Of a stretch of 64,000 nt of DNA, positions 51,140-63,139 are shown in pieces. Source of the DNA: Azolla caroliniana (lineage: Eukaryota > Plantae > Polypodiophyta); assembly GCA_043228905.1 (NCBI GenBank), contig JBHGNT010000004.1, positions 3,720,001-3,784,000 of the forward strand, written 5' to 3'. Every line of letters begins with the position of its first letter. The first letter of the stretch is position 1. A program made the translations under genes and the position numbers. The notes beneath the pieces were generated by a model. The model did not search any database, had not been told where the DNA came from, and saw only the letters and a list, made by a program, of their open reading frames with translations.

Positions 51140-51274
51140 AATTGGGTTCTAAGTATTTAAAGTATCTTATCTATAAAATACGTATTCTAAGTATTTAAAA
51201 AAAGAAGGTAGAATACTTTTAGAATATTTGCATGTATTCTACACAGATTGTATGCTAAGTATTCTACAACAATG
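51140..51274. mobile_element. Right end of a hAT-like element (same family as 18698)
   Basis: Reverse complement reads CATTGTTGTAGAATACTTAGCATAC. Confidence 0.5.
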
Positions 51275-52649
51275 ATACATACACATGTGCCCATGAATAC
51301 ATTCCCACAATGCCAATGCCAAGTGTTGACAAATGTGTCCCTTATATTTGTTGAGCAATTCCCATCATTGGCTATGGAACAACTCATGTGTTTGTCTGGC
51401 TCATAAAAGTCTTTGATTCCTTTTAAAAACATCGAGTGTTACCCAAAGCGACAAGGCTACACTTTATAAAAGATTGCTTTTTTTCACTCATCTTCATTTC
51501 CTCACATGACATCCCATGTGTCTCTATGCTTCACGTTCATAAACTAATTATGTCCCTAGCTCATTAATGGGTTGGGCCATTGTGTTTCAATTGCTTTTAC
51601 ATGATGCTGCTTTCCAAGCTATATGTGCAATGAGAATTCTAATATATGAAGATGACAATCATCTCCCTTTCGAAACATTTCCTTCTTCTTTTTTTAATCC
51701 TCATAGATTTTGTGTTTGTATTTGCTTCACTTCCACAAACAAATTGGGTCCCTCCAAAACACATGAAAATGGCTTGACACGTGTATTCATGGATTATCCT
51801 AAAGTCTTTTAATATATCAATGATCATTGTAATAGTCACTCATTTAATTTCTTACACCTCATCTTCCTTCCACAAAAACATGTGATGATAATTTGTCTTT
51901 GTCCTTGCATGATTGTTTTCTCCTTGCATGATTGTTTGTCATGAATAGAAAAGAAAGGCATATTTTGGACTTGCCATGATTGTTCTTTTGCATGTTCAAC
52001 AATAGAAGATGTTCAACGGAAACATGTCTAGAGGCCCATCCATGTAATTTAAAAGGTTCTTGAAGAGACAACATAATTTATGTGAGAGATGACCCAACGT
52101 TTGCAAACTGATTCATTTATAATGGTTGTCGGCATAATGTCAAGTCATGTTCTTTCTATCCGTTATTTCTTTTTACCATGTTGCTGTAGACACAAAAAGA
52201 CATGCATATGCATACACAAACACATATGCACACATACACATACACATATCTAGCAAGGTGATCTGTGAAACGGGCGGTTTTGGGTAATGTGTGGGATTCG
52301 GTTGCAATCAACACCATCAAATCAAAAACTACAAACCACCGGCTTGTCATTTGTAACCCGGTAAATGTATTTTGGCATGCATATGACCCGATGAACCTAC
52401 TAAATTCACATCTAACCCGGTAAATATATTCTAACTCGTCAATCATAATGATCTAACCCGACGATTGTAATCAAACACAAGGGTGGATTACATCACTTAA
52501 CCCGGCTAGAAAATTTAAAGTTTAAAGCTAGTTTCAGAAATTCTCAATAGTCTTGAAATTCATGGAGCACAAAACGCAACCCTCCCTGCATTATGCAAAT
52601 TTCAAAGCACAATTTTTTGTTGTTTCTCTTAGGTATTAAAGCTTTTGAT

Positions 52650-54905
52650 TCTCATTTGACTATTCATTTGGCAACTTACAACATGCTAAATTTCCAAAAG
52701 ACAAGGCTAAATAGAGTTCAACTTGCTTGGTTCCAACATCCATAGGTAACCATCATGATCAAATTATGCTTCTGAATCTGATAAAATGGTGGTAGAGAGA
52801 CAAGAACTTAATAAAATATTCTTGACAAAATCTTGATTGCAAATGATACCTATGTTGCCACAGCCTTGATTACAACATATCCCAAATGTGGTGCACGTTA
52901 GGAAGAACAAGAAGCATTTGATGAGCTTCGTACTTATGTTGTATTTTGAAGTGCCCTAATTTCCTGACATGCTCAACAACGATTTGGTAATGAAATATTC
53001 AAATGTTTCAGACAAATGCAAGATATGGGGGTATATCCAAATGTGGTAACTTATGTATGGATTTTGAAAACTTGTCGCATTGTTGGTTCTCTATTTGATC
53101 CATAAACATGGGGCAAGATACCAATACAGAGATAGGAAAGAAAGATTTATTGCACAAAAATGTGGTAAGCAATATTGCATTGGTAGACATGTATTCAAAG
53201 TGTCATGCACTTGAGCAAGCGCAACAAATGTTCAAGCAGCTTCTAGGGCGAAATATTATCTCTTGGAATGCTTTGATTGCACAATATACCTAACACAATA
53301 ACATATGCCTACATTTTGGAAGCATGTGGTATTGTTGGGTGCATAGAGATTGGGGAAAGATACACAAAGAAAGGTGAAACGGCAAGCGTTATTGTAGAAA
53401 AATGTTGTATTTGGTAATACATTGATGGACATGTTTTTTTTTTCCGAAAAGATTTCTTTCATTAGTATTAAGAAAAAACACTAGAAGGCTACACAATGTA
53501 CAATTAAAGGATGATCAGGGGAAGGGCTAGGGGTGATGATATTTCCAGATTAGTCCTTGAGAGGAGACCGTGAATAGAGGCAACTTCCTCCATAACTGCA
53601 GTAATTTTTTCCTTTTCTTAAGAACAACCTCTGAAGAGCCCGACATATTGTCATATTGCCCACGCACTACCGCCAATAAGCTCTCGCATAATTCTGGCAA
53701 TATATCTGAGAGAAGGGGAATTATGGAATCATATCGTCTTTTACACCGATACTTACATAAGGTCCATAATGTAACCGTAGATATTGTTTTCCATACATGG
53801 GCTGCACGCATTTGCTTTCGAGGTTGTTGAAAAGGGGAGATAGATATTAGATGTCTGTTGATGGTTGTCTTAGCCTCTAGAGCATCATCTGCCTCATACA
53901 ATAAGAGATTGGAATGGAGAACCCCCATACCGTTGCTCCCCAAGAGAAGAGGCAACCTGCATTAATTGTCAAGAATAAAGAAAGAACTGTATTCCATACT
54001 TGTTGGGCTAGTGAACAGGACCAAAGAGCATGCTTGGTAGTTTCCTACAAGTCACCGCAATAACTACATTGTCTAAGAACGGGTGCCACATTTCCTTTCA
54101 AAGATTGACCTACTAGTAATGTTGCATGTAGTAAAAGCCATCTGAAGAGAATGTATTTTGTTGGTTCCCTAAAAGACCAAGTCCATTTCCAATAAGCCTT
54201 CAAATGATTGCTTGAAACACCCCACTTATTCCGGTGCTTGATGGACATGTACTTCAAGTGTGGTCTGCTCCATAAAGCACACTAAGAATTTGACCATCTT
54301 TTGGTGTAGAATGCGGTGTCTTGGAGTGCCCCAATTGTTTGTTATACTCAACATGGGCTTGGAATGGAAGCATTGCAAGATACTAGAGTCAATCCAAAAT
54401 GTAGTGACTTACATCACTATTTTGAAAGCTTGTGACATTGTAGGGTCTCTAGAGATTGGAGAAGGCATACATCTGAAGGTCAAGAAGCAAGGGTTATTAC
54501 AAATGGATCTTCTTCTTGGGACTGCATTGGTAGACATGTATTCTAATTGTGATGCGCTTGAAAAAGCACGAAATGTATTTGACCAACATTAACACATGAT
54601 GTTTTGTCTTAATGATGAAGCATTGAAATGTTTCAAGCATATGTCTAGATGTAGGGATCTTGAAATCTTGTGGCAATATGGTTGAGGTCTCTAAAGATTT
54701 GGGAAGATATATAAGAAAACAAGGGTTATTGAGAGCTTGTTTCAAGGTAAGAAAACAAGGGCTATTGCAAAAAGACACAGTGCCTCAGCATTTAACTGAT
54801 TGACATGCACTTCAAATGTGGTGTACTATAGAAAGCACAATAAGTATTTCAACAAATTCCAATATGGAATGTTGTGACTTGGAATGCACTAATCTCTTGA
54901 TATGT
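52650..54905 (+). pseudogene. PLS-class pentatricopeptide repeat (PPR) pseudogene
   Basis: Repeated ALVDMYSKC..LE.A..F...NVVSWNALI and PNVVTY..ILKAC motifs; many stops and frameshifts; LINE insertion. Confidence 0.88.
53435..54237 (-). mobile_element. 5'-truncated L1-like LINE
   Basis: 13-bp TSD TTGATGGACATGT (53422-53434, 54238-54250); poly(A) tail at the left end; zf-RVT-like FRWLLLH..CSYC..ETTKHALWSC. Confidence 0.92.
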
Positions 54906-55330
54906 TTCATCAAAGCCACATGTCTAGCCTTTTAGGTAACCGTGAAATCCTAGACCTATATGATCATTGTTATAGTTTGTAACTTACATTCATGCATTGA
55001 AGATCATAACCACTTTATGCTTATTGGCTATGCTCCACTAGAATCTTAAGGAAAGGAAACTTATTGTTCAATCTCTTTGTGTGAGATGTAGTGTGGCTAA
55101 TTCATCTCATATGGGCTTGTTCATCAACAATAACATTTATCATGTTTTTCTTTTTGCAATAATAAGATTTGAATGCATAACCTTAGGAAGCAAAGATACA
55201 GTAATTAGTGGGGATTTAAACATACTATGTCGACTCTTCGACCAGATTGTATTTAAACATAGTACAATCTTTTTCAAGCACAAACTTCATAAACGAAACA
55301 AGTATTTTATTAATTCCAAGATGAAAACAA

Positions 55331-55405
55331 GACTGTGTAATGCAATGGATTAGTGCATTGGACGTCGGATCCAAAAGGTTATACGTTCGAATCTCGCCGT
55401 GGTCA
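55331..55405 (+). pseudogene. tRNA-Arg(UCG) pseudogene
   Basis: Colinear with the 55512 copy; disrupted stems. Confidence 0.8.
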
Positions 55406-55511
55406 TAGTTATGTGACATATTGTATGGTTTGTTGAAGAGGGCTACAATATTTGTATCTAACTATTTAAATATAGTGAATAATTACTTTGTTCTAATCAA
55501 AATACGAATAA

Positions 55512-55585
55512 GACCGCGTAGCGCAGTGGATTAGCGCGTTGGACTTCGGATCCAAAGGTCGTGGGTTCGAATCCCGTCGTGGTCG
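55512..55585 (+). tRNA. tRNA-Arg: tRNA-Arg, anticodon TCG
   Basis: Full cloverleaf: GACCGCG/CGTGGTC, GCGC/GCGC, TTGGA-CTTCGGA-TCCAA, GTGGG-TTCGAAT-CCCGT (two G.U pairs). T5 run ~27 nt downstream. Confidence 0.88.
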
Positions 55586-55863
55586 TAATATATGTGATAT
55601 AATATTGCCCTTTTTGTGATTTGGATTCTCAAGTCCATTTGCATAAAGGTTATGTATCCTACAGATATATTGTCTCTAAGAAACATGAAATGTCGACTCC
55701 TCAACATGATTATAGTGAAATTTTGGACTACTCCACATTTTATTTCAACATAGTACGTCGGATCTTCAATATGATTGTATTTAAACATAATAAAATCTTA
55801 TTCAAGCACAAACTGTGCAATGTGAACAAATTTCTTTAATTCCCAATTTCCACCCTAAAATAA

Positions 55864-55937
55864 GACCGTTGAGTGTAGTGGATAAGCGCCTTGGACTTCG
55901 GATACAACAGTTGTGGCTTTGAATCCCCTAGTGGTCA
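55864..55937 (+). pseudogene. tRNA-Arg(UCG) pseudogene
   Basis: Anticodon loop retained; A/B boxes mutated. Confidence 0.75.
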
Positions 55938-56234
55938 AGGTTATGTGACATATTGTATAGTTTGTCAGGCCTACAATCTTTTGATTGTCAAGTTATATTT
56001 CAACATAGTATATTTGATGAATCCCGTCCCGTAGTTTACGCTAAGACGGTGTACGAGGGGCGCATATAGTCAGCTACTCACAACCAACCTACTTTCGTCT
56101 TGAAATGCCTTCTTAAGGCACTTTCCTCTCACTATGTGAAAAGAAAGGAGTTTGCAGAAACGAAGTGGAAAGGACCTCAAAGAAAGCAAAAGGCCAATGG
56201 TATGGTATGTTTAGGACCCAACTTGTTCCTATCG

Positions 56235-56308
56235 TAGTGCGTAGCACAATGGATAAGTGCATTGGAGTTTGGATCCAATTGCTGCGGGTTCGAATCTTGT
56301 TGTGGTCG
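56235..56308 (+). pseudogene. tRNA-Arg-derived pseudogene
   Basis: 5' end replaced; GGTTCGAATC retained; anticodon loop mutated. Confidence 0.7.
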
Positions 56309-56505
56309 TAGTTGTGTTAGATATTGTATGATTTGTTGAAGAGGGCGACAATATTTGGATTCTCGAGTATGTTTTCAGCAAGGTTATCTATGCTACAAAC
56401 ATATAATCTAAAAAGAAACATGAAATCTTGATGCTTCGACATGATTATAGTGAAAACTCAAAACTAAACAAGTATGTTGGTTATTAATTCTCAACACAAA
56501 AACAA

Positions 56506-56579
56506 GATCGCGTAGCGCAGTGGATTAGGGCGTTGGACATTGGATCCAAAGGCTGTGGGTTTGAATCCCGTCGTGGTCA
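56506..56579 (+). pseudogene. tRNA-Arg-derived pseudogene
   Basis: Colinear; anticodon loop CATTGGA; B box TTTGAA. Confidence 0.75.
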
Positions 56580-56863
56580 TGGTTATGTGACATATTGTAT
56601 TGTTGTTGAAGATGGAATCCAATATGTGGATTCTTGAGTCCATTTGCAAAAAGGTTATGTATGCTACAAACATATAGTCTCACGGAAATATGAAATGTCG
56701 ACTCTTTGACATGATTATTGTGAAATGTCGACTCCTCGACATGATTTTATTGCAATATAGCATGTTGAATCTTTGATATGATTGTATTTAAACATAGGAA
56801 AATCTTATTCAAGCACAAACTACATTATGTGAACAAGTACTTTTAAATTCAACACGAAAGCAA

Positions 56864-56937
56864 GGTTGCATAATGCAATGGATGAGCATGTTGGACTTCG
56901 GATCCAAAGGTCGTGGGTTTGAATCCCATTTTGATCA
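56864..56937 (+). pseudogene. tRNA-Arg(UCG) pseudogene
   Basis: Anticodon arm intact; acceptor and D stems decayed. Confidence 0.75.
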
Positions 56938-57212
56938 AGGTTATGTGACATATATAGCATAATGTGAACAAGTATTTTCTTAATTCTCAATTCCAAAGGT
57001 CGTGGGTTGGAATCCTAGTCATGTGACATATTGTATTTTTTGTTGAAGATGGCTATAATATTTTGATTCTCAAGTTATATGTAAACATCGTACGTCAACT
57101 CTTTCACTAGATTGAATTTAAAAATATTAGTACAATCTATTTAAAGCACAAACTACATAAAATGAACAAGCATTTTATTAATTCTCAAGATGAAAACAAT
57201 TCTACGTAGCAC

Positions 57213-58342
57213 TGTCGTAATGTGGTGTGGCCAAAGATAGAAAAAAGAAAAAAGTGAAGGTCTATTCACACCACACAACTACATGTATATACAAAATTTA
57301 ATAAATTTATAAAACAGAATATCATAGTGGTTAGTGCTATTCAATAAGCTTGTAGAGGTGCAAAGTTCTAGTGTTTAATAGCAGCTTATGAATGATGGAT
57401 TATTTATGCATTTTATTCCGAAATTAGGCGACTCTATTCTCTATAAAAAGAGGAGAAGAGGGCTTATTTTGGGTCGCCCATTTTTTGCCCAAGGGGGTGT
57501 ACCATTAGGGTTTTGTTCTCTTCCCCTTCTTCATTTCTAGAAGGTCCCCATTTTTGTGGTTTAAGGGGTGCCATTAGGGTTTGAGGTTCCTCATTTTTGT
57601 TTTGGGGTGCACCATTAGGTTTTTTTCTTCTTCTTCTTTTGTCCTCAATATACTAGAGGACTTAGGGTTTTCCTCATTTCATCTCCTTCTAAATTTTCGG
57701 TCTAGGGAGGTTTTGGTCTATTCTTCTTGTCATGGGGTTTATTTTAGGGGTTCTTCTTTGACTTTCGGGTTTACCTACTTACGACTACTTCAGAGGTTCG
57801 ATCATCTTCTCCACGATGGATAACTTACACAATGACGATTTCAAGAGAAGTGTGGGCTACTTCACACTCGGGTCATTGAAGGGAGAACAAAGCAACAAGG
57901 GAACACAACACCATCGTCCGGGCGTCGTATCCAACAATCATAGTCGTGGTCACGATGGCTCACTTGAATCGCCTTCACCGGAGTCTCCTTACTCCCTCTT
58001 CCCCCCTTTTTTTGTTCGTTTTCATTTTGTGCTCTAATCGTATCATATGATCGTTTTGTATTAAACCACCAAAATTGTGGTAGTTTATCTCTTATCACTT
58101 TATAAGATATCCCTTGTACCTTTTTGCCAACATTTTGTCTTGTCCAACGAGTGCCAATTTCCAACGAGTGACAATGTCCGACAACTGCCAACATTTGACC
58201 AAGTTTGACCAGAGCCAACGTCTGATTAGAACCTTTCTTTGACAAGGGTGAATCTTCAATGTACCTTCCGTCCTTTCGACTCCATGCTCCAAGACCGTCG
58301 TGGTCCTCCTCAAGTAGCACATGCATGCGTATAATCGTGATA
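57213..58342 (+). mobile_element. Solo LTR (1130 bp) splitting a tRNA-Arg copy
   Basis: TGTCGTA..CGTGATA ends. The tRNA 5' part CTACGTAGCAC precedes it and GTCCAATGGATTAGC.. follows it. TATA at ~57442. Confidence 0.75.
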
Positions 58343-58444
58343 GTCCAATGGATTAGCATGTTTAGGAAATCGGATCCGAATGTTGTGGGATCGAATCCTG
58401 TTGTGGTCAAAGTTATGTGACATTGTATGGTTTGTTGAAGAGGA

Positions 58445-59760
58445 TGATTGTGGTCTACGCGGCATATCTAATTCGGGAAAAGGTGAAAGCCTTTTAGTAT
58501 CTTTCAAGCATCCTTTTGAATTTTGACTTTTCATTGAGAATAGGAATCGTGTCTCGTCGGTGAACTAATGTCCTATGCCCCCCGGGTCCTGTAAGCTAGG
58601 ATTGGTTGCTACTCCCTTTATTCGTTGCCAGCTCCTCTAACAATGGAGTAGCCAAATGCTTCACCTTATCCACAGTCTTGTACTTCGTGTGTACTTCGAC
58701 CAATTGTCTTCAATAAACCACCCAAGCCCTTTGATAGTGGTGTACATGTAAAGTGAGTTCTCATTAAAGGCAAAAGCGAGTATTTTCTCCATCTCACCGA
58801 GAGTGTCATTGAACAAGACCGTCTCCATGGCACCGCCTACGATATCTTCATCATTTAATATAGTACATTGTTTAGGATACCCTACATATCTTTTTGCCCA
58901 AAGGCCTATCTCTACCATCTAACTCTATCGTCTATGCTAGAGAATTTATACTTTGTTTCGGAAAACCAAATTTGTTTCCTATTATTCTTGCTAATTTTAC
59001 AAATTTTTTGGGGAGTTAGTTTGCAGCCTTGACTATTCTAGTCCCACACTTTAATACCCTACATCAAAAGTGCTTCCACCTTTCGCCCTTGAGGGAATCT
59101 TTATTGCACTCATGGTTGGGTCTAGCCATAAGGAATTGGATCGAATTCCTTTTGTCTTGACTCTTGACTCTCACGTAGGTGGACCCATTGAATTAGACCA
59201 AATTCCTTTTGTCTTGGTTCTTGACTCTCGTATAGGTGGACTGGACCCATTGAATTGGACCGAATTCCTTTTGTCTTGTGTCTTGACTCTCATGTAGGTG
59301 GGCCCATTGACAAGCACCTTCATCTCCATGCGAGCCGATGCAGTGTATGATTCGCCCAAGATGACTGAGTGAGAGCATATCTCTTGAACGAGGACTCAGT
59401 GTTGGTCAATCTCTACATCCCCTACCATCACCCATACATTTGGGCAAGCCCCCTGTAGCTCTTTGGATGCTCGAGACACTACTCTAATGTTCTAATTGTG
59501 CTTCATGTTGATTCGTCACTTCCCTTCCTTTTAGAAGTCCATGGACATTAAATTAATCATGGATCCATGGTCAAGCGACCACTCACTCTTTGAAATCCTT
59601 GATCCTCACCAGGGTCTCCATTGTCACCCTTGACCAATGTAGCCTCATGTGGTGACTATCTACATAGTCTTCTTTGGTCTTGAGCACACCAATTGACATC
59701 GTGTGCACATTCACCTTTGTCAATTCCACAATGTAATATTGGTTCAAGTGTAATGCAAAC
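58445..59760 (-). pseudogene. Remnant of the same gypsy lineage: gag end, protease, start of pol, integrase tail
   Basis: HWSRVTMETLV, DHGSMINLMSMDF (protease), RPNHECNKDSL, FNDTLGEM, HTKYKTVDK; homologous to A and D. Confidence 0.78.
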
Positions 59761-62243
59761 TTTATTCTTACAAATATAAGATTTTGTAGTGCAATGGATC
59801 CAAAGGTTATGGGTTTGAATCTTGTCACGACCGTGATGATAGAACGTACATTTTAATTTGATATTTTGCTAAATGTTTTTAAAATCATTTTGCCGATCTA
59901 CATATTTTATTGGTCATCGAGACTAATTCTCAAACAAAACTCCATTTCCATATATCTTTATTTTTTCTTTCATTTGTTCATATCCTCCTTTGGACAGGTC
60001 TTGCTTTAGACTTTGGATCAAAACGATATTCGTTTCCATTGGTTCAAAAGTTTGTCAAGAATATATCCTAATTCTCAACATCAAAACAAGACAATTTGCA
60101 TCAAATCCAAGGTTGTGGGTTCAAAGCTTATGGGTGTCTTTGTTGATATAATGTACATGATACTTTCTTGTTTAATGTTTCAAGATGGTCCCCCCAATGT
60201 ACACTTCCTATAGGATAATGTACCCATACATAAGCTTTTGGTGATTATGTTCTTTATTAGATGGGCAAAATATTTGGATTCTTTAAACCTCTTGGAAATT
60301 AAGTTCTTGATTAGGTTGGCAAAATATTGGATTCTTCAATTAATTTGCATCAAAGTTTTGTATCCTACATATGTATAATCTACAAGACACTTGGACATTA
60401 AGTTCTTAATTAGATAGCCAAAATATTTGGATTCTTCAAAGCTTTTGAATATTAAGTTCTTGACTAGATGGGTAGAATATTAAATTCTATCTATAATTAA
60501 GTTTGATTTTATTTGCATCAATTTGTGTATCCTACATATTTATAATCTACAAGAAACGTGGAATTCCAAATCTTCTACATAACAATGTTTATAGAAAATA
60601 CTATCCAATTCAAGGGTTGATTGGGCATGCACATTATATCTCTTATATATAGATGGTAGTTTGGATAGTGTGAGCAAAGTACTCATGTGTTTCCTTTATA
60701 ACTCCACAAATTTATGATATATATGCTATGTAACATTTATTAGTTTTCCTATCTAATTAGTTTTAACAATGTGATCATTTGAAATTAAAACAAGAGTCTA
60801 CAGGGCAATGTATGCTGGATGGACTTCGAATTATTAGGGTAAGGTTGTATTATTAGACATTGCATTTGATGGCTATCCTAAAGAGTGCCAATAATTACAC
60901 CGTCACATACAAGAATGAGGGTATCAATATCAATCTATCATAATCTGAACGATGTTGCACATTGATACACTAATCAAAACAACACGGTGTCACAATGGGG
61001 AACTTTATGGATACAAACAACCAACACAACTTCTAGTTGCAAAACCCATTTCTATCATGATGATGCTCGCCTCATTCATTACCATCACCATGATTCTCCT
61101 TTCCGGATCACAGGTGGACAACCATGTGTGACGATTTATGCGGGCTAGGAACTTCGAACATGTAGGGGAGATGACAATGTGAATCTGGGACTCAAACAAT
61201 GAGAGGGATTGATGGGGTCACATCCTCATAGGGATGTCGATGTAACTACCAAGGAGATGCATGTGAGCTCGAGGAGAAGAGTCATGACTTTGACCATGAC
61301 AGCTACCTTTCATTCCATTGACATTTTAAGGCAAAGGAAATATCTCTCCATTCATTGCTATCTTTACTTGCTAGAAATAGAGAGAGGTAATAGTCATACA
61401 CTGCTTTGAGAATGCATGAGACGGTGCAAAGGTGATATGTAGCAAAAATTCCAATCTCTCTACTAGATAGATCAAGATGGAAGTTAAACATGTGTCCCTT
61501 CTTTGGGAATCACAAGGCATTACATGCAAAGTGCAATTGATTATAATGTCATTGAAAGGCTCAATACAACTTTTCAGATTTGGGCTTCAGAAAAAAACAT
61601 ACAGGCTCTTGGGGGGACAATGCTCAGAATGTTGTGTCTTCTTTGGATCTAACATGTTCAATACCAGAATTTGCTTCATGCTGATTGCAACCTCGTGAGT
61701 TCATCTTTAAAACTCAAGGAATCAAAACAAAGAAAAAGTAAATAAGTCGGTGAAAAATGAAGGGAGACAAGAAAACCCATCACAATATTCTACATATGAA
61801 AATCCATCTAAAATGACAACACATTATGACCGACAAAGAAAACCATGTCTTAGAATAAAATGCATCATCATTCTATACCAAGGAAAACAAAGATTTGCTC
61901 TACACATGCTGGATAACTTATAAATGTTGAAGTTTAAAATTTCTACATTGCTGTTTTGTAGAAGACAGCAAATAAATGCAATTTTGGCTACTACTAACAA
62001 ATAACTGTGTTATCTAATTGTCCATGCTGGTTACATCATATCAACAGTAAAAAGAATCAATTTCAGCTCCTTGCAAGTTCAAACCATTTCAAGGATGACA
62101 AGATAATGATCTAGATTATTTTTGTAACTCAAAATAAAATCACAAGACAAACAACAATCATTTCATCTTGCACTGGCACATTAAGAAAGATACAGTAAAC
62201 CTTTCATGCTCACTTGCTTTCTCAAATACAGTGTCTAGTTCCA

Positions 62244-62799
62244 TCATTCTGGTTCTATACTCTTCGTGACATTACTTGCTTCAGCAGGTTCCAAATAATC
62301 TATTGTACCCTGATTACTATCAAACTGGATATTCTCCAAAGTTGACTCATTTTTATCATCTAACTCTTGTGATTGTGTATCATTGGTACTGTTACTGGCT
62401 TCCCTGCTAATCTCATTATGTCGATTCTCAGGAAATAGTGTACCAAACATATCTTTTTCAACCTCCTGTACATCAATAAAGAGCTCCGTAACCGTGGTTG
62501 AGGGGACATGAGTTGCTGGCTGTATCTTCATCTGTTGACTTTTGGTGGCTGTAGCACACAAATAAAGATATTGGTTAACCCAATCATGTTGGTCATAAAA
62601 TCATCCTCTGCATTTTTTTCTATGAGAAATAAGATGATGTTACCATATCCAGCTAACAATCTGTCAATGTTTTCCATTCGTTTCTGGACAATCCGCAAAC
62701 TAGCACTAAGAGAAGCAACACGACTTCGTACACTAGAAAGCTTAGTCGCATGTTGCATTGCAAATGGAAGAGGAGCATCTTCCAACAGTTTATCAAGCT
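62244..62799 (-). CDS. SNAPIN: Snapin/BLOC-1 subunit-like (SNARE-associated) protein, last two exons; 5' exon(s) not identified, probably outside the window
   Basis: Exon 62799-62644 (ELDKLLEDAPLPFAMQHATKLSSVRSRVASLSASLRIVQKRMENIDRLL) matches plant Snapin-family proteins as recalled. GT-AG intron 62643-62549; exon 62548-62244 in phase. Confidence 0.78.
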
Positions 62800-62809
62800 C
62801 TGAAAACTT

Positions 62810-62866
<57 letters not shown>

Positions 62867-63139
62867 GCTTTTAGAATTGTAATGGATATCCATGCAATCC
62901 AGGATTCAGCATAGAGAAGTTCACCGATAACTCGGATATCACACTTGTTAAAACATGGGAGCATGATGCTCAAAGGAATCAAGGTTTAGGAAACTATAAT
63001 GTACACTCTTTGATATGAGCAGAAAATCTAAGACAATGAAGAGGACAATAAGGAGTGGCATGTTAAATTACGAAGGAAATAGAGAAATGTGTGTTGATCA
63101 TAAGAAATGAAGAACATAAATGCTACATATGGCTCAAAA

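Larger units (their letters stand above)
55225..60830 (+). repeat. Decaying tandem array of tRNA-Arg(UCG)-containing units (~180-370 bp)
   Basis: tRNA-like copies at 55331, 55512, 55864, ~56235, 56506, 56864, ~56993 (partial), 57200|58343 (split), ~59785 and ~60090. Shared flanks CAAGCACAAACT..AAAACAA and TTATGTGACATATTGTA. Confidence 0.88.

Noticed and set aside
18698-51274. Inverted hAT-like ends that could bracket one 32-kb element capturing the Aux/IAA gene
   Set aside because: The flanking 8-mers (TTGTGCTG vs ATACATAC) do not match; two separate remnants are more likely.
52254-52510. AACCCG-rich MITE-like segment
   Set aside because: TIR pair and TSD could not be established.
55225-60830. 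CRISPR-like repeat-spacer appearance
   Set aside because: Repeats are tRNA copies, spacers are homologous to each other, the context is eukaryotic and there are no cas genes.
62800-62893. ERERER N-terminus of ORF 62528-62893
   Set aside because: Intronic AG microsatellite; a splice acceptor at 62800-62801 starts the real exon.
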